Positions 1-6,613 of a stretch of 9,485 nucleotides of DNA are shown piece by piece. The stretch is from an uncultured archaeon. GTDB taxonomy: Archaea; Asgardarchaeota; Jordiarchaeia; Jordiarchaeales; Jordiarchaeaceae. The notes under the pieces are model-generated. The model was not told the origin of the DNA. It was given only the letters and a program-made list of their open reading frames with translations, and searched no databases. The translations under genes were made by a program, and so were the position numbers. Numbering within the stretch: the first letter of the stretch is position 1; every line of letters starts with the position of its first letter. Location: the NCBI GenBank assembly GCA_964510585.1, contig CAZECW010000052.1:1-9485 (forward strand). The letters are read 5' to 3'.

Positions 1-1
1 C

Positions 2-398
2 TTGGTTATCTGGGACTTGTGGGAGTCCTCATTTTAGGGATGTGCGTGTGCAGTGTTACCGTCGTGCTTCGTTTTTTATTTATGTTTTTGATGTGGCTAA
101 TCGGGAATCCTTTAGAAGGCTTGATATGTGGAGGTGGGAGGTGGCTGAAATGTGTAAGGATGCTTCTGGTGTGGTTGTGGGTAATAAAGTTGGTCTTCCT
201 TTTAGGGAGGTTGGGAGGGAGGAGGGAGAGCGTTATGCTGAGGGTTTGGGTATGCCCTACTTTGAAACAAGTGCGGTTACTGGTGAAAATGTTAAAAAGG
301 TTTTCAGGACCGCCGCGAGACTCGCCTTTAAAAAAATAAATCCTTCCTCACGAACTGGGCTTACTGCTATTTACCATTTTGAATGTTTTAATTTGTAG
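2..398 (+). pseudogene. Rab/Ras-like small GTPase, 5' part outside the window, frameshifted at the G3 motif
   Basis: The frame starting at 2 reads LVIWD (2-16) and stops at TAG 35-37. The frame starting at 3 reads TCGSPHFRDVRVQCYRRASFFIYVFDVANRESF...VVVGNKVG...YFETSAVTGENVKKVF to TAG 396-398. Joined, these give WD(T/L)CGS (G3), YxxA-xxxxVFDV-xxxSF, GNKxx (G4, D replaced by G) and ETSA (G5), the Rab/Ras layout. Confidence 0.75.
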
Positions 399-576
399 GG
401 TAGAGGTGGGGGTGAAACTTGGGTTTGATGAAGAGGGGGTACGGTTTTAGTCGCGTGGAGTGTTGTATTTAGTTTGTCTTCAGAATAGTTTCACTACAAA
501 AATTTTTTAATAGGAAAAATGGTTTTTTAGGGTGGCCACAGGAATGTATTCTTAAAAACAGGAATTTTACCTACGT

Positions 577-586
577 ATGGTTGGAG
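577..586. repeat. Left target-site duplication ATGGTTGGAG of the MITE
   Basis: Identical to 739-748 and directly abuts the left terminal inverted repeat. Confidence 0.9.
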
Positions 587-738
587 CTATGCATTACCCA
601 TAATTATTGTAGGTAATTTTTACTCTGGTTTTTGGTATGTTTGTTTGTGTTTTTTCATTGTGGCAGAGGGAAAATATGCATGTTTTGCATAAAATTTGGA
701 GAAAAATACTACCTGCAGCACTTATGGGTAATGCATAG
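587..738. mobile_element. Non-autonomous miniature inverted-repeat transposable element (MITE), 152 bp
   Basis: 587-603 CTATGCATTACCCATAA is the exact reverse complement of 722-738 TTATGGGTAATGCATAG. Imperfect complementarity continues inward (25 of the first 29 bp, fading near 625/699). A perfect 10-bp direct repeat lies on both sides, and there is no transposase. Confidence 0.9.
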
Positions 739-748
739 ATGGTTGGAG
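739..748. repeat. Right target-site duplication ATGGTTGGAG of the MITE
   Basis: Identical to 577-586 and directly abuts the right terminal inverted repeat. Confidence 0.9.
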
Positions 749-834
749 GGAGGGGGAGGAAAATTCGTAGAGGGCGGTGCAATTCCTCGGTGGTGTGAGC
801 TTGAGGGAATGGTGGTGGGTTGGGATGCGATAGC

Positions 835-842
835 TTTATAAA
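835..842 (+). promoter_or_regulatory. Archaeal TATA box of the acx-like operon
   Basis: TTTATAAA lies about 50 bp before the TTG start. This predicts a transcription start near 865-870 and a short leader containing the RBS. Confidence 0.6.
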
Positions 843-879
843 TGTGTTTTTCCAAATTGAAATTTTACGGCGGTTTGTT

Positions 880-887
880 GGAGGGAG
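880..887 (+). promoter_or_regulatory. Ribosome-binding site of acxA
   Basis: GGAGGGAG, 6 nt before TTG at 894. Confidence 0.65.
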
Positions 888-893
888 ACCTTT

Positions 894-3029
894 TTGGCTG
901 CTGTGAGGAAGCCGGTTATTGTTTCCCTGGATGCCGGGGGAACTATGACTGATGCTGTTATTGTTGATGGTGAAGGGAATTTTACTACTGGGAAGGCTCT
1001 TACTACTCCGGGTGATGAGTCTATTTGTTTTGCTAACTCTGTTCAGGACGCTGCAAGTTATTGGGGTATGGGTGTTGGTGAGGTTTTGTCCAGTGTGGGT
1101 TCGACGATTTACTCGGGTACTACTATGATTAATACTTTGTTGACTAGGTCTGGTATTAGGGTTGGGCTTATTACGTGTAAGGGTTTTGAGGATATGGTTT
1201 TGATGGAGAGGGGTCTTGTGTGGCTTGGTTACTCTTATCAGGATAGGTTGCATGTGGCGACTCATATTCATAATGAGCCTTTGGTGCCCCGAAACATGGT
1301 TGTGGGGGTTGAGGAGAGGACTGATATGTTGGGTATGCCGGTGATTCCTCTAAACGAGAAGGAGGTGGAGAGGGGTGCTGAGAGACTCTTAGACTTGGGT
1401 GCTGAGGCGATTGCCATAATGTTTCTCTATTCTCATCTTAATCCTACGCATGAGAGGAGGGCTGGTGAAATTGTGAGGGAGGTGGCTAAGAGGAGGGGGA
1501 AGGATTTGATGGTTGTTCTGAGTTCTGATGTGGCACCCATTATGCGTGAGTATTCGAGGCTTAACAGTGTCCTTATTCAAGCGTATGCTGCTGAGCCTTG
1601 CAGGAAACAGCTTTTGAGGGTGGAGGAGAGGGCGAGGAAGGAGGGGTACAGGTTTAACCTGTTAACAATGCTTTCATATGGGGGGCTTGTGGATGTAAGG
1701 TATCCGCGCCTTTACGAGACTCTAATCAGTGGCCCCATTGGTGGAATGTTGGGTGCTCTACATGTGGGAAGGCTTCTGGGGATAAAGAATATTGTAAGCA
1801 CTGATTTGGGTGGTACGAGTTTCGACGTGGGTATAATTAAAGAGGGGATAATTCCTATGCTCCGGGAGCCTGATGTGGCCAGGTTCCGCTTGAATCTGCC
1901 AATGGTTATGATGGACTCAATTGGGGCGGGTACTGGTACCGTAATAAAGATTAATCCGGAAACAAAAAGGATCGCTCTTGGACCAGAGAGCGCAGGTGCT
2001 AGGGTTGGGATGTGTTACGACTATCCTATGCCGACAATCTCTGACTGCAATGTCACTTTGGGCTACCTTAACCCAGATAACTTTCTTGGAGGAAAAATTA
2101 AACTAAATAGGAGCAGGGCATTTGAAGCCTGTAAGCAAATAGCGGATGTTTACGGACGCGACGTTTACGAAACAGCCATGGGAATCATCGAACTGGTTAA
2201 CAGCCAGATGAGGAGCCACATTTACGCTATGCTCATGGCAAGAGGGTATAACCCTGCTGAATACACTTTGATGTCCTACGGCGGCGCAGGTCCGCTGCAC
2301 TTGTGGGGATATGTGGAGAACATACCCTTCCAAAATGTTATAACCTTCCCCTTCGCAGCGGTGTTTTCAGCTTTTGGGATAGCTACCGCTGATTACTTGC
2401 ACCGTTACCACAAGAGTATTCTTGCGCAGGTTCTTCCCCCTAGTGATCCGAAGGCAGCGTTTATGAATCAGTTGGCGCAGTCAGCTATTAACTCTGGGTG
2501 GGAGAGTTTGGAGCAGCACGCCATGTCTGAGTTAAGGTCGGAGGGTGTTGACTTGGATAAGGTGAAATTTGACCATCTCTGCTATGTACGCTACGTGGGC
2601 CAGCTGGACGACCATGAAGTGGTGTCTCCCATTAGTAGGGTTGAAAAAACTGAGGACTTGAAAAAGATTACGGATAAATTTGAGGAGGTTTATGAGAGCA
2701 TTTATCCTAGAGCGGCGAAGTATCCTGAAGCCGGCTACCAGATACTTGAGGTGGGGCTGGTTGCTAGGGTGGAGACCAAGAAACCAATAATACCTAAAAG
2801 GAGGCTGAGGGGCAGGAAACCCCCAGAGGAGGCTTTTAAGGGTGAGAGGGATGTTTTCCACAAAAGGGACTGGGTGAAATTTGGGATTTGGGATATGGAG
2901 AAGCTCCAGGCGGGAAATGTTGTAACTGGACCAGCCGTAGTGGAGCATCCTACGACAACGTTAGTTGTGCCCCCTGCTTATAAGGTTAAGTTTGATGAGT
3001 ATGGATTCATATGGTACTCTAAAGCATAG
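894..3029 (+). CDS. acxA: Acetone carboxylase beta subunit-like protein (hydantoinase A/5-oxoprolinase family, ATP-binding), 711 aa
   Basis: Carries the motifs LDAGGTMTD, YSGTTMIN, LGYSYQDRLH, VEERTDMLG, ISGPIGG, TDLGGTSFDV, GPESAGARVG, LGYLNPDNFLGG, SYGGAGPLH and GPAVVEHPTTT. These are collinear with Xanthobacter AcxA as recalled. TTG start with RBS. Confidence 0.9.
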   Translation: MAAVRKPVIVSLDAGGTMTDAVIVDGEGNFTTGKALTTPGDESICFANSVQDAASYWGMGVGEVLSSVGSTIYSGTTMINTLLTRSGIRVGLITCKGFEDMVLMERGLVWLGYSYQDRLHVATHIHNEPLVPRNMVVGVEERTDMLGMPVIPLNEKEVERGAERLLDLGAEAIAIMFLYSHLNPTHERRAGEIVREVAKRRGKDLMVVLSSDVAPIMREYSRLNSVLIQAYAAEPCRKQLLRVEERARKEGYRFNLLTMLSYGGLVDVRYPRLYETLISGPIGGMLGALHVGRLLGIKNIVSTDLGGTSFDVGIIKEGIIPMLREPDVARFRLNLPMVMMDSIGAGTGTVIKINPETKRIALGPESAGARVGMCYDYPMPTISDCNVTLGYLNPDNFLGGKIKLNRSRAFEACKQIADVYGRDVYETAMGIIELVNSQMRSHIYAMLMARGYNPAEYTLMSYGGAGPLHLWGYVENIPFQNVITFPFAAVFSAFGIATADYLHRYHKSILAQVLPPSDPKAAFMNQLAQSAINSGWESLEQHAMSELRSEGVDLDKVKFDHLCYVRYVGQLDDHEVVSPISRVEKTEDLKKITDKFEEVYESIYPRAAKYPEAGYQILEVGLVARVETKKPIIPKRRLRGRKPPEEAFKGERDVFHKRDWVKFGIWDMEKLQAGNVVTGPAVVEHPTTTLVVPPAYKVKFDEYGFIWYSKA

Positions 3030-3053
3030 GTTGATGGAGTATGGAGTAAAGTG

Positions 3054-3059
3054 GGAGGT
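3054..3059 (+). promoter_or_regulatory. Ribosome-binding site of acxB
   Basis: GGAGGT, 8 nt before ATG at 3068. Confidence 0.7.
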
Positions 3060-3067
3060 TAAAATTT

Positions 3068-5248
3068 ATGGGTATTGGTTTTGGGAAGAGAAAATTAAGG
3101 GATCTCTTGGAGGAGGATGAGAGACTATTCAGGGAAACTAAACATTATTATGGAATCAAAGAATTGAGAAACAAGGAGGCAGATCCTCTAAAGTATGAAA
3201 GATTCCATTCAAGGCTGCTAACCTCAGTGATTGGGGCTAGGGAGAGCGTAAAATTTGTGGCCGCCTCACCCGCAGTTAGAGAATACGGTGAACTTGTTTT
3301 TGGGCTTTACACGCCTGAGGGTGACACTATAGCCTTATCGACCGGTATACTGGTGCATGTTCACACAATGTCGGCTTTTGCCAAGTGGATGATTAGAAAC
3401 AATTATGAGGAGGATCCGGGAATTAGGAATGGTGACGTCTTTGCCAACAATGAAACCTGGGCGGGCGGCGTACACACTGCGGATGTGCAAACCTTGATTC
3501 CCATTTTTTACAGGGATGAGCTTATAGGCTGGGCTGGTGGGGTAACCCACGAACTTGAGGTTGGTGCCCATGAGCATGGAAGCATGAGCATATTCAGCCC
3601 GGAGAGATTTGGAGAAGGATACCACATAAGTGCAGAAAAGGTGGGGGAAAACGACGAATACTACAGTTACTACCTGAATAAGATAAGGGTTAGCAGCAGA
3701 ATGCCTAACTGGTGGATAATGGATGAAAAAGCCCGACTAGCCGGATCCATAATGATTAGAAATGAGGTATTGAGGGTAATTGAAGAGTTCGGAATAGACT
3801 ACTACATGAGAACAATAAGGGAGATAATAGAAGACGGGAGAAGGGAGTTTTTAGTCAAAATAAAGGAAAGATTCGTTCCCGGAAGATTCAAAGCGTCAGG
3901 ATTTCAGTGCCAGCCTTGGAAGGGACTACCACACCTTCATCCCCTAATTAGAGAGGACATGGTTAACCAGGTTCCAGTTGAGGTGAATGTTAACCCTGAT
4001 GGTACAATACACATAGATTTTGAGGGCTCCAGCCCTTGGGGCTACCATCCCTACAACTGCACCCCCTCAGCCATGGATGGAGGATTGTGGGTAACAATAA
4101 CCCAGATATTTGCTTATGATGGAAAAGTGAATGATGGAGCCTATCTCTGTGTTACCCAACACTTGCCAAAGGGCTCCATTGTAAATGCTGATTACAAGTA
4201 TGTGGCAACATCTATTGCTTGGGCCACACTTATACCCACATATGCACTTATAGGCAGTCTACTTGCGCAGGGGTACTTTGCGAGAGGATTTCTGGAGGAA
4301 GTTTTCGTTCCCTCGGCGGCAAACTCTCTCTACAATGGTGGGGGAATAAACCAGTTTGGAGAAACTGTTGGTTTATCGGTGTTTGAGATGGCTGCCTGCC
4401 AGAGTGGTGGAAGAGCTGTCATTGATGGGATAGACTGTGGATATACGCTTTGGAATCCTGAGTCTGATCAGGGAAATGCTGAGCTATGGGAATTGTTGGC
4501 CCCCATAGTCTACTTGGGTCGCAGATTCGTTCCCAACTCTATGGGTCATGGAATGTACCGTGGGGGTGTTGGTTGGGCTTCACTTTGGATGATATGGAAC
4601 ACTAGCCGCTTCAACATAGCTTGTTCGGGACAGATAGCAAAGCAGCCCTGGGTGCCTGGATTGTTTGGGGGTTACCCTGGACCAGCGTGGCACGGCATAA
4701 CTGCAATAGATACTAACATGGCGGAACTAATCAGAAAAGGGGAAACTTTGCCCCACACGTTTGACGATGTTGTAGAAATGGTTAAGTCCAATAAACTCAA
4801 AGTGGAAGAATTCGACATCCATAACCGTCCCTACTGGGAAGATGTGAAGACGTACGACTTGGTTGGCATATTCTATACTGGTGGTGCTGGCTACGGAGAC
4901 CCTATTGAGAGGGATCCTGAACTGGTTTTAAAGGATTTGGGCGAGGGAAAACTAACTGCGGATTTTGCGGAGAAAATGTATGGGGTTAAATGTAGCTATG
5001 ACGAGAAAAACCAGAAATGGGTGTACGACTTGGAAGCCACAAGAAAGTTGAGGGAGGAAATAAGGAGGGAGCGTTTAGCCAAGGCGGTTCCAGCCAAGGA
5101 CTGGTATCTTAGGGAACGTGAAAGAATTCTGAGGAAGGAATTGCCTGAAGACATCAAGAGGGGATTGAGGGAGTGTATGGCGATTTCTCCCAAGTGGGCT
5201 AAGGAATACAGGGAATTCTGGCAGCTCCCAGACGGATTTACCTTCTAA
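3068..5248 (+). CDS. acxB: Acetone carboxylase alpha subunit-like protein (hydantoinase B family, metal-binding catalytic subunit), 726 aa
   Basis: Carries the motifs AASPAVREYGEL, STGILVH, GVHTAD, GWAGGVTH, DFEGSSPWGYHPYN, RGFLEEV, WNPESDQG, YRGG and GGAGYGDPIER. E75, H136, D139 and H161 align at a constant 14-residue offset with the Mn ligands E89, H150, D153 and H175 of Xanthobacter AcxB (numbering recalled). Confidence 0.9.
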   Translation: MGIGFGKRKLRDLLEEDERLFRETKHYYGIKELRNKEADPLKYERFHSRLLTSVIGARESVKFVAASPAVREYGELVFGLYTPEGDTIALSTGILVHVHTMSAFAKWMIRNNYEEDPGIRNGDVFANNETWAGGVHTADVQTLIPIFYRDELIGWAGGVTHELEVGAHEHGSMSIFSPERFGEGYHISAEKVGENDEYYSYYLNKIRVSSRMPNWWIMDEKARLAGSIMIRNEVLRVIEEFGIDYYMRTIREIIEDGRREFLVKIKERFVPGRFKASGFQCQPWKGLPHLHPLIREDMVNQVPVEVNVNPDGTIHIDFEGSSPWGYHPYNCTPSAMDGGLWVTITQIFAYDGKVNDGAYLCVTQHLPKGSIVNADYKYVATSIAWATLIPTYALIGSLLAQGYFARGFLEEVFVPSAANSLYNGGGINQFGETVGLSVFEMAACQSGGRAVIDGIDCGYTLWNPESDQGNAELWELLAPIVYLGRRFVPNSMGHGMYRGGVGWASLWMIWNTSRFNIACSGQIAKQPWVPGLFGGYPGPAWHGITAIDTNMAELIRKGETLPHTFDDVVEMVKSNKLKVEEFDIHNRPYWEDVKTYDLVGIFYTGGAGYGDPIERDPELVLKDLGEGKLTADFAEKMYGVKCSYDEKNQKWVYDLEATRKLREEIRRERLAKAVPAKDWYLRERERILRKELPEDIKRGLRECMAISPKWAKEYREFWQLPDGFTF

Positions 5249-5254
5249 TTTTGT

Positions 5255-5262
5255 GGAGGTGA
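5255..5262 (+). promoter_or_regulatory. Ribosome-binding site of acxC
   Basis: GGAGGTGA, the full complement of the archaeal 16S 3' end, 7 nt before GTG at 5270. Confidence 0.75.
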
Positions 5263-5269
5263 ATGTGGA

Positions 5270-5836
5270 GTGTCTGAATACTCTCTTGAAATGATTAGAG
5301 ACCTGGTTAATAGGAAGCTTCCTTGGCCTGTTCTAAAGGAGATGATGAGTGCTCCTAAGGATAAGGATCGATTCGACAAATACGTCAAAGTGATGCAGGA
5401 GAAGGTACCGTGGAAGGAAAAAATCCTTTTGCCCATACATGAACACTTATACATTGTGGAGAAGAATGGAGAAGCCATAATTAAGGCCAAGTGTGGATAC
5501 GAGTTTGGCGATTATAGGGAAAACTGGCTCCTTAAAACGCTAATCTACGTCAGGGACACTTCCGAAAAATTCAGAGAAGTCTATCCCATCCTCGCAACCC
5601 ACGAACCCAAACTCCAAGAATTGAGGGAGCACATCTGCCCAGGCTGTGGCGCTTTGCTCCACGTTTACGGAATTAACCCTGGAGGAATGGTTAACTATCC
5701 ATTCTTGCCTGACTTGGGCTCATTCTATAACGACTGGCTCGGAAGACCCATTCCAGGAGTAAAAGACCAATCAAAAGGTGTCCAGGACAAGACTACAGAA
5801 TTGGTAAAGAAATGGGTCGAAGAAGAAAAGAAGTAA
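5270..5836 (+). CDS. acxC: Acetone carboxylase gamma subunit-like protein, 188 aa
   Basis: Carries MSAPKDKDRF, VPWKEKILLP, CGYEFGDYRENW, YVRDT, CPGCG and FYNDWLG. It is the third gene in the canonical acxABC order. Confidence 0.88.
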   Translation: MSEYSLEMIRDLVNRKLPWPVLKEMMSAPKDKDRFDKYVKVMQEKVPWKEKILLPIHEHLYIVEKNGEAIIKAKCGYEFGDYRENWLLKTLIYVRDTSEKFREVYPILATHEPKLQELREHICPGCGALLHVYGINPGGMVNYPFLPDLGSFYNDWLGRPIPGVKDQSKGVQDKTTELVKKWVEEEKK

Positions 5837-6172
5837 AAAGCAACAAACTATAAAGAAGGCTTTCCAGTAAGGAAAAAGAGGTTTGAAGAATTCTGTGAGC
5901 TAGTGGAGTACTCTGATGGGGATGAGCTCAAAAAGGGAAGGCGAGGGCTTCAGGAAATTTAGGAAAAAGTGCTTATGTTCTTGTGAATAGTTGAGAAGCA
6001 GAAAGGCTTGAGCTATTAGGAAGTTGCTGCTTCCCCCTATTTCTCTAATTGATTTCCTTAGGTTTTATAGTGTTAAGGAGAGGGGCAAAGATTGAAATCC
6101 TTATTGGAAGAGTTTTTCAAATTGGTAGTATAAATAGCGATATTATATTGACTTATTGCAAGCTTTGAAGTT

Positions 6173-6210
6173 AAATGAGTTCCTTAAGTTTTGTGGTATT
6201 TAACTCATTT
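6173..6210. repeat. 9-bp perfect inverted repeat with a 20-nt spacer
   Basis: AAATGAGTT (6173-6181) and AACTCATTT (6202-6210). Function unknown. Confidence 0.5.
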
Positions 6211-6574
6211 TGGTTCTATACAAGTATCGTACGGGAAAACTTTTCCGCACCTCTACCCCATATGTAGACACAACCGTGAACCTAAGGTGGTGTGGAGTGT
6301 TGGATTCTATCCTCCATTTTTTAGGCTCTAAATCGAAAAAGAGGCTACATAAATGCTATTTTTGGAGGCGAAATGGAACAATTCTGCATCACCCATAAAC
6401 CTACTCCAGAGCCCAGTGGGTTTCGAAATGGCTGCAAAAAGGGTATGCTAATTAATGATATGGTGAGTATCGATGAGCTCAGCGATGTATTTCCCTTTGT
6501 TTTTGTTCGTTGTGGTATGAAGCACCTTCTATGTTCTATGAATTTCTAGAGTGGATCTGAAATTAGCCAGTTGA

Positions 6575-6588
6575 TAGAAATTTTTATT
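6575..6588 (+). promoter_or_regulatory. Putative BRE/TATA element for a near-leaderless ATPase transcript
   Basis: TAGAAA followed by TTTTTATT, about 26 nt before ATG 6614. There is no strong RBS. The region is AT-rich, so a chance match is possible. Confidence 0.35.
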
Positions 6589-6613
6589 TTAATGTTGTGG
6601 GTTAGTGGTAGAT

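Noticed and set aside
19-339. 106-aa alternative-frame ORF
   Set aside because: It overlaps the GTPase frame, which carries the recognisable motifs. Its W/L/V/G-rich composition reflects the G/T bias.
384-398. C-terminal CFNL of the GTPase as a CaaX prenylation signal
   Set aside because: F-N is a poor aliphatic pair, the tail looks like run-on beyond the G domain in a damaged gene, and nothing in the window indicates a prenyltransferase.
408-472. GGGGGTGA RBS-like site followed by a 17-codon ORF (MGLMKRGYGFSRVECCI)
   Set aside because: Too short and without recognisable features. SD-like strings arise easily in this G-rich strand.
538-565. ACAGGAAT direct repeat at 20-nt period with a near-palindrome GAATGTATTC
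   Set aside because: Only two 8-bp copies, within chance expectation, and no regulator nearby to link it to.
632-841. 69-aa plus-strand ORF
   Set aside because: It starts inside the MITE, crosses the TIR and TSD, and ends in the TATA box, so it is a by-product of the insertion.
594-1271. 225-aa minus-strand ORF
   Set aside because: It is an antisense shadow of the G/T-rich start of acxA (N/T/H/P/S-rich, no motifs) and runs through the promoter into the MITE.
3034-3047. ATGGAGT tandem duplicate between acxA and acxB
   Set aside because: A two-copy 7-mer in a spacer, with no evident consequence for the RBS or starts.
1389-5490. Nested minus-strand ORFs (1389..1580, 2103..2333, 2532..2948, 3335..3625, 4996..5193, 5245..5490)
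   Set aside because: All are antisense to well-supported acx genes and lack motifs. The same applies to 7115..7336, 8658..8840, 8878..9150 and 9153..9335 opposite the ATPase and HEAT genes.
5837-5962. 41 open codons in frame after the acxC TAA (possible readthrough or selenocysteine/pyrrolysine recoding)
   Set aside because: The stop is TAA, which is not recoded. AcxC is already full length, and an open run this short is common by chance.
6210-6398. 62-aa ORF in the intergenic gap
   Set aside because: TTG start without RBS, no motifs and atypical composition.
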